In this document: positions 9,907 through 19,374 of the stretch, in pieces
Position numbering within the stretch: the stretch's first letter is position 1
Layout of the letters: the number at the start of each line of letters is the position of its first letter
Source of the DNA: Thermoplasmatota archaeon
GTDB lineage: Archaea > Thermoplasmatota > Penumbrarchaeia > Penumbrarchaeales > Penumbrarchaeaceae
NCBI GenBank assembly: GCA_025457865.1
Contig: JALOTP010000012.1
Span: forward strand, 1,443-65,442
Direction of reading: 5' to 3'
DNA length: 64,000 nt
Translations under genes and position numbers: made by a program
The notes under the pieces: generated by a model
Databases searched by the model: none
Seen by the model: only the letters and a program-made list of their open reading frames with translations
Told to the model about the DNA's origin: nothing

Positions 9907-11517
9907 ATGGAGCCCTGGGCCGGATATCTGGGAAAGGCAATATTGTACGTTTCACTGCTTTCCCTCCTTATCCCTTTCTCTCCCGCCGTTTCCTCACGGT
10001 CCGCCGAGGTAAGGCATTTTCCGGATATGTTGGCCCTTTACGAGAGCTACAACACCACAACAAGGACGTTCTCCGTACTCTCACCAGGGGATATGATCGA
10101 GGTCACGGACACGGTTTCGACCTCATGGTATAATGAACGGACGGGCATGTCAGAGCTCTATTTCAGGTCCACGGGCACATCCGTTAACGGTCCCAAGCTC
10201 ACCTTCATAGGCCCATATATCTCCGATAGGATCGAGCGAGGCATGAAGGTCAATGTGACAGCGGTGGTCCTGCTAGTGGACGAAGGCAACGGACCGGAAC
10301 ACTTGCTCAGTGCCTCCTCCGAATCGGTGAACATCATAAAGGAGGTCGAGAGGGAGGAGGAGCCCGAGACCATTGATGTCTTTGGGGTCCAGATACCTTT
10401 AAGTGAGATACCTAAGGAGTACAGGACCAACCTCGTCAGGTTCATCATTGTGTTCCTGCTTTGGAGCATAGGGACCGCCATCATTTGGGGCCTATTCCGT
10501 CTCTCCATGAGGATAGCGGCCAAGACGAAGACAGAGCTGGACAAGAAGATAATTCGTATAGTCCGCATCCCGGTCCTTGTAGTGATGCTGCTCTACGGTC
10601 TCATCGTTTCTCTGCGCCAATTGAACCCGCCAGATAACCTGATGATGGTCCTTGACAGGGTCTACAGGTCCGGTCTGATAATCGTAGCCGCATTCGTGAT
10701 CAGCAGGATATTCAAAGAAGTGGTCATAGTCTATCTTCGCATACTGTCGGCAAAGACCGAGACCAAGGCCGATGATGTGCTGGTCCCTGTTGCGGGAAAA
10801 CTGATATCGGTCGTCATCTGGGTAACGGCTGGGATATTGCTCCTTGACTCCTTGGGGGTGGACATCACTGTGTTCGTCGCTGGCTTGGGAATAGCCGGCC
10901 TTGTCATAGCCTTCGCCGCCCAGGATACGCTGTCCAATTTCTTCTCTGGGTTGATGATCATGCTGGACCGCCCCTTCAAGGAGGGCGACTGGATAATGCT
11001 GGACGAAAAGGTCTATCAGGTCAAGGACATCGGATTGCGCTCTACGAGGCTCCATCACACCTTCACCAATCAGCTCTTGACCATACCCAACAACAGGATA
11101 TCGGACTATATGTTCTCGAACCTGTCCGAGCCAGACCAGCTGGGCAGGGTCTCTGTGGAGGTGGGGGTCAGCTATTCCGTCCCTCCCAGGAAGGTTGGCC
11201 AGGTGCTACTGGATGTCGTTGGGTCACACAAGGATATATTCAATGATACCGAACATCAGTCCTTCTACAGATTGAAGACCTTTGCCGATTCCTCCATAAA
11301 CTACATGGTCACGTTCTGGGTCAAGGACCATAACGAACAATGGAGGATCGCGAGCGAGGTGAGGGAGGCCATCTACGACAGGTTCGCTTCCGAGGGCATA
11401 GAGATACCGTTCCCCCAGCGGGTCGTTCATATAAAGCAGGCACCGGCCGAGGTCCAGAGGACCGGCAGGGGGACAGTGGCAAAGGACCCGGCCAGGATGT
11501 CGAACCTCTCACCTTGA
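9907..11517 (+). CDS. mscS: Small-conductance mechanosensitive channel with N-terminal extracellular extension
   Basis: AFAAQDTLSNFFSG, DRPFKEGDWI, IGLRST, IPN, GIEIPFPQR. Confidence 0.9.
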   Translation: MEPWAGYLGKAILYVSLLSLLIPFSPAVSSRSAEVRHFPDMLALYESYNTTTRTFSVLSPGDMIEVTDTVSTSWYNERTGMSELYFRSTGTSVNGPKLTFIGPYISDRIERGMKVNVTAVVLLVDEGNGPEHLLSASSESVNIIKEVEREEEPETIDVFGVQIPLSEIPKEYRTNLVRFIIVFLLWSIGTAIIWGLFRLSMRIAAKTKTELDKKIIRIVRIPVLVVMLLYGLIVSLRQLNPPDNLMMVLDRVYRSGLIIVAAFVISRIFKEVVIVYLRILSAKTETKADDVLVPVAGKLISVVIWVTAGILLLDSLGVDITVFVAGLGIAGLVIAFAAQDTLSNFFSGLMIMLDRPFKEGDWIMLDEKVYQVKDIGLRSTRLHHTFTNQLLTIPNNRISDYMFSNLSEPDQLGRVSVEVGVSYSVPPRKVGQVLLDVVGSHKDIFNDTEHQSFYRLKTFADSSINYMVTFWVKDHNEQWRIASEVREAIYDRFASEGIEIPFPQRVVHIKQAPAEVQRTGRGTVAKDPARMSNLSP

Positions 11518-11531
11518 GCATCTCTTTCCGC

Positions 11532-12137
11532 TCATGGCAGGTTCGACCCTTCCGGTGCGTTGTGGTTGTGCGACCGGTCGGAATACCTCCCCAGAACGAA
11601 GACCTTGAACCAATCGTATTGGGACGTTCCCTGCTCGGCCGTTCCCTTACCTATGACCCTGAGAGAATAGAGCCCAGGTTCGATGCCGTCGAGCTCTCTG
11701 ACGACCTCAGCATAGTCCCCCCCCGATGCTTCAGGGGTGTATCTCCTCTGGGCCAATGTCCTTTTTTCCCCGTTGTCCTCCATCTTAATGAGAATGATGT
11801 CCACATATCGGTCGTCCACAGAAACCAGCATTTGAGTGTCCGGTATGAAATGGACCAAAGCGAAAATGGACAGGTTCGCCCCACCTTCACCTATGTAGAA
11901 GTTGTCAATGCTGTTGTGAACTGCAGGCCCGCCCACGGTTATGTTCTCGTTGTAGAGGGGTCCCGTGAAGTTGTGGCTGACGAGGGCTATATTGCCCTGG
12001 ACGAAGATTATTGGCCTCTCATCGTCGGGAAAGAGCATCCGTCTGGCGGTGTACGTGTCAAAACAACCCGCCGTTGTGGCTAGCATGACCACCGAAACAA
12101 GGGAGGTCATCACGAACAGGGCGTCCTTCCTTTGCAC
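11532..12137 (-). CDS. Hypothetical lipoprotein
   Basis: Signal peptide with lipobox TTAGC. Confidence 0.65.
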   Translation of the reverse strand: MQRKDALFVMTSLVSVVMLATTAGCFDTYTARRMLFPDDERPIIFVQGNIALVSHNFTGPLYNENITVGGPAVHNSIDNFYIGEGGANLSIFALVHFIPDTQMLVSVDDRYVDIILIKMEDNGEKRTLAQRRYTPEASGGDYAEVVRELDGIEPGLYSLRVIGKGTAEQGTSQYDWFKVFVLGRYSDRSHNHNAPEGSNLP

Positions 12138-12176
12138 GGGGGAATAGACGCTCCTGGATTATTAATGGTTATCTCC

Positions 12177-13454
12177 TTACCCGATGACACGTTCGAACAT
12201 GGACCCCTGGCCAAGGGGCATGGTTGCATCCATCCCCATCTTCGAGGTCGTGCCGTCGATGCTGCTGGCGGACGGGTCAAGGGTGGACCCCCTTGCCCCA
12301 TGGACCAAAAGGAGCCCCTTTCCGGCGTTGAACCGCGTGGCAAGGGCCCATTCAAGGGCCACATCATCGAAGATATCGATATCCTGGTCCACAACCAGTA
12401 CCCTTTTCATAGAAGGGTGCCCGGTGAAGGCGGCCATGATGGCGTTCATACCATCCCCCTCCTTCTGTTTATCTATCGAGACGGCCCCATGCAGCCAACA
12501 GCATCCCCCCTCCGTCAATCGTACAGCTCTCACCCTGGGCACCACCTTTCTGACCGATTGGAGGATGGAGGGCTCCTTAGGGAGCCCCATCATCAGGTAA
12601 TGCTCCATCCCGCCCGGTAGTAGGACATGGAAGATAGGGTCATCCCTCATCAGGACCGACCTGACCCTGAAGACCGGTTCTCCCGGGTCAAGGCCGGAAT
12701 CGTCAATGGTCGAAGTTATGTCAACGAAAGGCCCCTCTGGTGCCCTCTCTCCAGTGAACTCGCCCGTGAGCACGATCTCGCTCCCAACAGGGCTCAGGGA
12801 ACCGTGCCCGTCCGCATCGAAGACCTTTAAAGGTTTACCCTCCGAGGCCATGGTCAATGCGGATGCCACATGGAGCTCGTCCTGGCCGAAGGCCATAGAA
12901 CAGGAAGCAGATAGGAGGGAGGCGGTGTCGCAGCCTAAGGATACGGCCGCTCTAAGCGTCCCCCCCCCCCTCTCAGCCTCCTTTAGGAGGGCCATGAGGT
13001 GCCTGGGAACGACCCTGACGGCGAACCGGTCCTTTCCCATGAACATCATCCTGTGGAATGAAAGATTGGACCTGTTCCCGAACGAGGCATGGAAGATGCC
13101 CGAGGTGATGTAAGGTCCACCATCGCTCTTGAAGAACGTGGGTATGGGCAGTGCTGAAAGGGTCGTTCTCGAATAATAGGGAGGTCTATCCACCTTAAGG
13201 GGTGGAACTGGGTCTTCCATGGCCTTGAGGAGGAGTTCGACGAGGTCTGCCCTGTTGGTGGAGAGGGATGAGGCGATCAGGTCCCTGGTCGAAAGGACGT
13301 TCCCTGCCAGTTCGAACCCCGTCTTTCCCTTTGCCCTTGCCACCCAGGGGATGGTTGGGCCCTCCAGGCAGGTCCTAGCGGCCTCCATGTTTGGGTCGAC
13401 AAGCCCCCGGATCCTCCGGGGTCGCGATCTCTTCAAGAACGTCCTGAAATCCAT
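12177..13454 (-). CDS. UbiD-family prFMN-dependent decarboxylase (archaeal type, candidate anhydromevalonate-phosphate decarboxylase)
   Basis: DGGPYIT, SFHR, EGPFVD, GGCCWLH, VVDQDIDIFD, GSTLDPS, KMGMDAT. Confidence 0.85.
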   Translation of the reverse strand: MDFRTFLKRSRPRRIRGLVDPNMEAARTCLEGPTIPWVARAKGKTGFELAGNVLSTRDLIASSLSTNRADLVELLLKAMEDPVPPLKVDRPPYYSRTTLSALPIPTFFKSDGGPYITSGIFHASFGNRSNLSFHRMMFMGKDRFAVRVVPRHLMALLKEAERGGGTLRAAVSLGCDTASLLSASCSMAFGQDELHVASALTMASEGKPLKVFDADGHGSLSPVGSEIVLTGEFTGERAPEGPFVDITSTIDDSGLDPGEPVFRVRSVLMRDDPIFHVLLPGGMEHYLMMGLPKEPSILQSVRKVVPRVRAVRLTEGGCCWLHGAVSIDKQKEGDGMNAIMAAFTGHPSMKRVLVVDQDIDIFDDVALEWALATRFNAGKGLLLVHGARGSTLDPSASSIDGTTSKMGMDATMPLGQGSMFERVIG

Positions 13455-13584
13455 ATGGGACCTCCCGAACCGGTAGTGTACTGCGGTTTGTTAATCTTTT
13501 TGAAGGAAAAGGGGGGTATTTTCCTACTAGAAGGGACCTTCAGAAAGATATTTATTCGAAGTGCCTGTTTGTGCGCCGATTCAT

Positions 13585-13989
13585 ATGGTCCAGAGAACGC
13601 GTCTCCTTCAATGCCCTGGTTGCGAGAAGCAGCTGGAGGACACCAAGCAGCCGAATATCACCTGCAAGTACTGTGGCCACGCATTCAACAGGTCGGATGT
13701 GGTCTTGGAAGATGAGGATTATATCCGGAAGAAGATGATAGTCGATCTGAGGACCGAGATGGACACCTTCAAGCGGTGGAAGCAGGTCTCCACCGGCTTC
13801 ATGGTCGGGAGCTTCGTCCTTACACTGCCCGTCCTCTTCTCCGACCCGTTCGAGCTGTTCCAGGGAATAATGATGGGGCTCTTTATGGTGCTGGGGATAG
13901 TATTCTTCCTCCTGGTTCTCTTCTTCGACAGGAAGTATGCATCCAGCAGGAGCAAGGCCACCGACCTATCATTGAGGAAGAGGTTGTAG
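13585..13989 (+). CDS. Zn-ribbon membrane protein
   Basis: CPGC...CKYC plus two TM segments; start uncertain (13561 or 13585). Confidence 0.65.
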   Translation: MVQRTRLLQCPGCEKQLEDTKQPNITCKYCGHAFNRSDVVLEDEDYIRKKMIVDLRTEMDTFKRWKQVSTGFMVGSFVLTLPVLFSDPFELFQGIMMGLFMVLGIVFFLLVLFFDRKYASSRSKATDLSLRKRL

Positions 13990-14000
13990 GAGGTTATGAT

Positions 14001-17000
14001 ATGAACGGTCAGATAAGAAGGTTCCAAGCGGTCCCGGTCCTACTTATGATGGTGCTATCATCTATGGTTGTGGTCGGTATCCGGGATGATGACGTTCTAG
14101 AAAACCCCCCATCTCGGATAGGGGGCGACCTGTTGGTGAACGGAACGGTCAGGTTCGATGAGAGGACGGGCTCTCCCCAATTCGATGTCGTCAGGTTCGG
14201 GGACAACGGCCGGCTGGAGATAATAAATGTGACCCTGACGGCAGAGCAGATGATATGTGCCGAGGGACTGCTGAACACGAGCCTGGTCATCCTTGGCAAC
14301 GATGTCGATAACGCCATAGTCTCCATAAGGGACGGTCTGATGAGCGTCCGTGCAGATGAGATACTCATCAAGAAAGCATCCATTTCCATCAGGAACGTGA
14401 CGGACCCCAAACCCAACGAACAGGACGGATGGCCTTCGACCTTGTTCCTATTTGGCGAGAAGAAGGACATGGTCATAGAGGACGCCCAGATATCGGTGGA
14501 GGCCGAGCTTGGAGGAAGGGGCACCTCCACCAATGCCGGTGACGGAGGTAAGGCCGATGTATCGATAATAACAGGTCCCGGAAAGAAGCTCGACATCGTG
14601 AGGTCAAGGATAGACCTCAAAGCCGGTGCAGGTGGTGATGCCAGCGGTGTGGGCATCCAATCTGGAAAAGGTGGTGACTCGAAGCTCAGGATCGTCACTT
14701 CCCAGCTATCCATAAGCGGTACGCGTATCACCTCCCGCGGGGGCAATGCAGGTTCGCCTGGCGAGAACTCCGTTGGGAACCGGGGGGGCCAGGCGACGGT
14801 CGATCTCCAATCCAGGGAGACCATCACCATCTTCGATTGCGAGATGGAGGCCGAGAACGGAAGGAATACGGACAAATCACAGCAGGCCGGTTCGAATATG
14901 TTCTTAAGGTCGGAGGAGGGCGCGGTCCTTTGGGATGCTGAAAAGCAGGGAGCGGACAGGACGAACACGCTCTCCAGCCTCAAGGGTTTCACGGTCCAGG
15001 TCGAAGCCGAACTTGGTTCCGAGTTCCATCAGGTCGATGTGGGCGAGAACCCGCCAATACCCTATGGAGGGACCAGGGTCGAGGTCTTCTGGTGGGGATT
15101 CCTCACGGTCACCGACAGTTACGGAACGCCCATAGAGGGCGCGGCCGTGGATTGGATCCAGACCCCCATGTCCACTCTCCCGCCTCCCGTCATCTTTACC
15201 AATGAGAGCGGGATGGCGTTGCTCGAGGTCGTCGGCGTTCGAGATGGTGCCCCTCAGACCTATGTGTTCAGGGCCGAGCTCCCGGAGGGTGCTCAGAACC
15301 TGTCTGACCAGACAAGGTTCGACCAGAACATGAACAGGGAGATAGTGATCAAGGTAACGACCCTTACCCTAAAGCTCCTCCAACCGGATATCAAGAAGAC
15401 CCTGGGAGGCGTGGTCGAGTTCGAGGGTACTGCTACCACCCTTAGCGCCCAGAACATCATGAAGGCCGTGACCCTCTTCGTTGATGACCAGCTCATAGGG
15501 GAAGCCCGTGACCTGTCAACATTGACAGCCCCGGCCCCCCCGGCCTTCTCAGAATGGGCTTTGTCCTGGGATTCGACACAGACCCCCAACGGTCCACATA
15601 CGCTTAAGATCGTGGGAAGGGACAACAAGTACACCGTCACCGTGGTCTACCCCATCTTCCTGAACCAGACGGCCATAAATCACAAGCCTGTCCTCCTGAG
15701 AGTGACAGCGGTCGATTCCATCAACACCACCACCATCGAGACAAGATCGAAGATGACCCTGGAAGTGGACCAGCAGAGGTCCGTCATTAACTTCAGGGCT
15801 GCAGCCTTCGACAGGGATGCCAGGTCCGAATACCTTGGACCGGGGGAAGGCCGCATTATCGATTATGCCGAGGTGAGGCTGGTCTATGTCTTGGACGGCT
15901 CGGTGGCGATGACAAAGCAGATTGTCGTCTCCAAGGACAACAAGGTGAACGAGACGGGTGGTTACGAGTTCTCATTCCAGGTCGATGCCAACAAGAAGCA
16001 GGGTTCGAGCCAGCCCTTCGATGAAGGGCTCTACAGGCTCGAGATCAACGTCAGGGACGATGCCAAGGTCTTCTCAGTGGATTCTTACGTCCAATTCGAC
16101 CTGATTTTCAACTTCTATCCGAAGATGATACTTGTGATCGACCCGCAGAAGAAGAGGGCCGTCGAGGATACCATAGAGGACTATTTCGGTTGGGACGGTC
16201 TTGAGACCCAGAAGAGCGATAGACTATCATTGGTATTCAATGTGACGGAAAGCTACGATTACGATGACCCCCTCCACGCTCAGAAGGGATCATGGAGGAA
16301 CCTGACCTGGAAGGTCCGGGTCGTCCTGGGCAGCAAGGAATGGAGCTCCGTTGATAACGAGAAGGGAATTGCCCAGTTCGAGCATTCTTTCGACCTCAAG
16401 GACGTACAGGACGATACAGTGGGCAAGTTCTACATGTACATCGAGGTGAGGGACTCCGAAGGCCTAATGACCGAAGAGACCTTCCTTCTGAGGATAAAGC
16501 ACATACCTGCAGATGAGCCGTTCAAGATCATCCCCGATCCTTACAATATCGAGTATGGACCACTTTTCGTCCTGTTCCCTGTGCTCTTAGTGATTCTCGT
16601 TCTCGTTTACATCGGGATAGGTATGTTCTTCACCATAAAGGCCAGTTCCGAAGGGAAGAGAAAGCTCGACCTTATCGAGAAGAAGAAGGAGGAGGAGAGG
16701 GCAAAGGGTAAATCAACTATCGAGGACGAGATGTCCACCAGCTATATGAGGTCCTCGAAGAAGTATCTGGAAACTACGGGCGATGCGAAGAGGGGTTCCA
16801 TCATGAAGGACCTCTCCGGTAAGAAGGGACAGCCAGCCGCACCGGCGGCCCAACCGCCCAAGGAACCCGAACCGCCCAAGGATGAGCCGTTGTCCGATGA
16901 TTTCCTGGCCCATCTAGAAGCCCAACCACCGGCCCCGGAGGAAACCGCGGCACCTATGCTCGAAACCTTTGAAGCCGACATACAGCCGATGCCTAAGATA

Positions 17001-17132
17001 GAAGAGGTGGCCGTGGAGGTCGTTCACGAAGGCAAGGGTGAGAAGCAGGCCCCTGAGACCAAGGCTCCACCTGCCCCTTCTGCACCTAGAGCCCCCCCTC
17101 TTCCCCCACCCCCGGTCCCCAAGGTCCGATAA
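14001..17132 (+). CDS. Large membrane-anchored surface protein (Gly-rich beta-solenoid-like region, Ig-like domains, TM, Pro-rich tail)
   Basis: GGAGG SD before ATG at 14001; signal peptide; GGxG repeats; WDSTQTPNGPHTL Big-type motif; C-terminal TM. Confidence 0.8.
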   Translation: MNGQIRRFQAVPVLLMMVLSSMVVVGIRDDDVLENPPSRIGGDLLVNGTVRFDERTGSPQFDVVRFGDNGRLEIINVTLTAEQMICAEGLLNTSLVILGNDVDNAIVSIRDGLMSVRADEILIKKASISIRNVTDPKPNEQDGWPSTLFLFGEKKDMVIEDAQISVEAELGGRGTSTNAGDGGKADVSIITGPGKKLDIVRSRIDLKAGAGGDASGVGIQSGKGGDSKLRIVTSQLSISGTRITSRGGNAGSPGENSVGNRGGQATVDLQSRETITIFDCEMEAENGRNTDKSQQAGSNMFLRSEEGAVLWDAEKQGADRTNTLSSLKGFTVQVEAELGSEFHQVDVGENPPIPYGGTRVEVFWWGFLTVTDSYGTPIEGAAVDWIQTPMSTLPPPVIFTNESGMALLEVVGVRDGAPQTYVFRAELPEGAQNLSDQTRFDQNMNREIVIKVTTLTLKLLQPDIKKTLGGVVEFEGTATTLSAQNIMKAVTLFVDDQLIGEARDLSTLTAPAPPAFSEWALSWDSTQTPNGPHTLKIVGRDNKYTVTVVYPIFLNQTAINHKPVLLRVTAVDSINTTTIETRSKMTLEVDQQRSVINFRAAAFDRDARSEYLGPGEGRIIDYAEVRLVYVLDGSVAMTKQIVVSKDNKVNETGGYEFSFQVDANKKQGSSQPFDEGLYRLEINVRDDAKVFSVDSYVQFDLIFNFYPKMILVIDPQKKRAVEDTIEDYFGWDGLETQKSDRLSLVFNVTESYDYDDPLHAQKGSWRNLTWKVRVVLGSKEWSSVDNEKGIAQFEHSFDLKDVQDDTVGKFYMYIEVRDSEGLMTEETFLLRIKHIPADEPFKIIPDPYNIEYGPLFVLFPVLLVILVLVYIGIGMFFTIKASSEGKRKLDLIEKKKEEERAKGKSTIEDEMSTSYMRSSKKYLETTGDAKRGSIMKDLSGKKGQPAAPAAQPPKEPEPPKDEPLSDDFLAHLEAQPPAPEETAAPMLETFEADIQPMPKIEEVAVEVVHEGKGEKQAPETKAPPAPSAPRAPPLPPPPVPKVR

Positions 17133-17216
17133 TGTTCCAAGATCGGCCTACCAGGTCCCGGCCCCATCCATCCGTCGGGACATGAGGCCCCGCATCAGGG
17201 CAGGAGATGATACCTG

Positions 17217-18329
17217 TTGAACCGAAGCCCTTTCCTTACCGTGATAGTGCCCACCTACAACGAGAAGGAGAACATGGGCCTTTTACTCCCCGCTCTCGCC
17301 GGACCGCTCCGTCAGGACGGCATTCCTTTCGAGGTCCTGGTGATGGACGACAGCTCCCCTGATGGGACAGGGGGTGAGGTAAGGAGATTATCCAAGGACA
17401 TACCTGAGGTACGGGCCATCGTAAGGACGAAGGACCGCGGCCTATCCCCTTCCGTCATCGATGGCTTTTGCGAGGCAAAGGGGGATGTATTGCTGGTCAT
17501 GGATGCTGACCTTTCGCATCCCGTGGAGGCCGTTCCGAAGCTGTATCGTGCAATCGTGGACGGTGGCTCCGATGTGGCCGTCGGAAGCAGGCATGCCAAG
17601 GGGGGCTGCATAGAGGACTGGCCGTTCATGCGCAAGTTCATATCCTGGGGCGCCTCGCTAATGGCCAGGCCCCTCACGTCGTGTTCCGACCCCATGTCAG
17701 GTTTCTTTGCCGTCAGGCGGTCCGTCGTCGAAGGTGCCCCCCTGAGAGCAAAAGGTTACAAGATACTCCTTGAGGTTCTCGTAAAAGGCAATTACTCGAA
17801 GGTGAGCGAGGTCCCCATAACCTTCAGGGACAGGGCCAAGGGCGAGTCCAAGCTTGGGAGCAAGGTCATCATCAACTATCTACAGCACCTTGTCATGCTA
17901 TATCTGCACCCGGGGTCAGCCCCTCCGATCAAGTTCCTTTTCGTCGGTGGGACCGGTTTCCTTCTGGACCTGGGCCTACTCACACTCCTCCTGGGATTAG
18001 TGGGCGATTCGACGACCGAGTATATTGTGTTCCAGTCCATATCATTCGCTGCCGCCGCCAGCTGGAACTTCATATGGAACCGTTACTGGACATTCAACGC
18101 ATCCAAGGGCCGGGCCCTCCGACAGTACATCCGATTCTTCATCGTGGCAGTGTTCGCCTTCGCCGTGAGGTGGCTCCTTGCCAGATACATTGGGGTTGAG
18201 GTTCTCGGCATAGACAGCCAGCCATATTACCAGATCATGACCGTTGGCGTGATAGTGGTCGTTACGGTCATCAATTTCCTTGGTTCCAAGCTCTGGGCCT
18301 TCAAGACCGACCCCGGGCAGCCTAGATAG
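17217..18329 (+). CDS. Dolichol-phosphate mannosyltransferase-like GT2 fused to a GtrA-like membrane domain
   Basis: VPTYNE, DDSSPDGT, MDADLSHP, GSR, DPMSGFF, GESKL; C-terminal 'WNFIWNRYWTF...NFLGSKLWAF'. Confidence 0.9.
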   Translation: MNRSPFLTVIVPTYNEKENMGLLLPALAGPLRQDGIPFEVLVMDDSSPDGTGGEVRRLSKDIPEVRAIVRTKDRGLSPSVIDGFCEAKGDVLLVMDADLSHPVEAVPKLYRAIVDGGSDVAVGSRHAKGGCIEDWPFMRKFISWGASLMARPLTSCSDPMSGFFAVRRSVVEGAPLRAKGYKILLEVLVKGNYSKVSEVPITFRDRAKGESKLGSKVIINYLQHLVMLYLHPGSAPPIKFLFVGGTGFLLDLGLLTLLLGLVGDSTTEYIVFQSISFAAAASWNFIWNRYWTFNASKGRALRQYIRFFIVAVFAFAVRWLLARYIGVEVLGIDSQPYYQIMTVGVIVVVTVINFLGSKLWAFKTDPGQPR

Positions 18330-18360
18330 CTTAATAGTCCCAGAATTGGATATTGTACCC

Positions 18361-19374
18361 ATGACGGGAAGGGCTTTGGCGATATCCCTTGCGCTCCTCT
18401 CTATCATCTCCCTTCCGCAATATCTGGACCCTAGCCCGATCATTGCCGCACCATATGTCCCTCAACAGGTCGTAGATCTCGTCATCATCGAGATAGTGGA
18501 AGAGCTCGTTTCCATGGATGTGTCCGTCGACGGACAGCCATCGATAACGGTCCATTGGTCCGCAACTCTCAGCACGACGCTCGGAAGGCTCGTCGAATCG
18601 GTGGATGTTCATATGACACCCGACCATCCGTCCGAGATAGGGGTGGGTTTATCCATCTACGATTTCACCCTCACACCAGCAGAGCCGACCTTAAAGGGAA
18701 CGGCGAACATAAGCGCGGCGCCAGGGACATCCGCGAGCGCAAGGCCAGTTCTTATCATGGACGCTACAGCAATTGCGCAGCCACGGGGGAACAGCGCGGG
18801 GGTCACGGCGGATTCCCTTGAGGTTGTCATACTCCCTTTCTTCTCGGCAGAGGCCTATTTCTCCGAGACCGCCGTCACCATCAAGGTCGGCGAGAGGAGG
18901 TCATTCGTCCTTCACATCGAGAACAGGGGGAATTCAGCAGGTGATTTCAGTGTCAGCGTAGGAAACTCCCAGGAAATGGCGGATAAGGGATTGGAAGTAT
19001 CCATCTCCGAACCTACGATCACTATCGGTGAGGGTTCGAGCAGGAAGGTCGATATCATCATCAAGGTGAAGGATGGGGCGAAGGTGGGAGGCCACAACCT
19101 GCAGGTCAAGGTAACCCCTGTAGAGGCCATGTCAGGCAACATTGAGGGTTCGGCCCTGATTGCCCTTGATGTCAGGGAAGCTTACATGTCCGCTGTCCAG
19201 GACATACTTGCCAACCCGCTCTATCTCCTGGGCACGTTCGCCCTGGCCGTCATCGTGCTGGGACTTGCCGTCTTTTTGGGGTTCAGGCTCCGGGCTCACT
19301 TGGCCTGGAGAAGGACCCTCAAGAGGATCCGTTCCTCCGGGCATGTTATGGAAGAGGGTCCAAAGGGCCTCTGA
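18361..19374 (+). CDS. Membrane-anchored Ig-like (CARDB/NPCBM-associated type) surface protein
   Basis: Signal peptide, 'IENRGNSAGDF' motif, C-terminal TM. Confidence 0.65.
   Translation: MTGRALAISLALLSIISLPQYLDPSPIIAAPYVPQQVVDLVIIEIVEELVSMDVSVDGQPSITVHWSATLSTTLGRLVESVDVHMTPDHPSEIGVGLSIYDFTLTPAEPTLKGTANISAAPGTSASARPVLIMDATAIAQPRGNSAGVTADSLEVVILPFFSAEAYFSETAVTIKVGERRSFVLHIENRGNSAGDFSVSVGNSQEMADKGLEVSISEPTITIGEGSSRKVDIIIKVKDGAKVGGHNLQVKVTPVEAMSGNIEGSALIALDVREAYMSAVQDILANPLYLLGTFALAVIVLGLAVFLGFRLRAHLAWRRTLKRIRSSGHVMEEGPKGL

Noticed and set aside
13776-14000. N-terminal 75 aa of the 1118-aa ORF
   Set aside because: It overlaps the upstream gene, and the SD plus signal peptide indicate a start at 14001.
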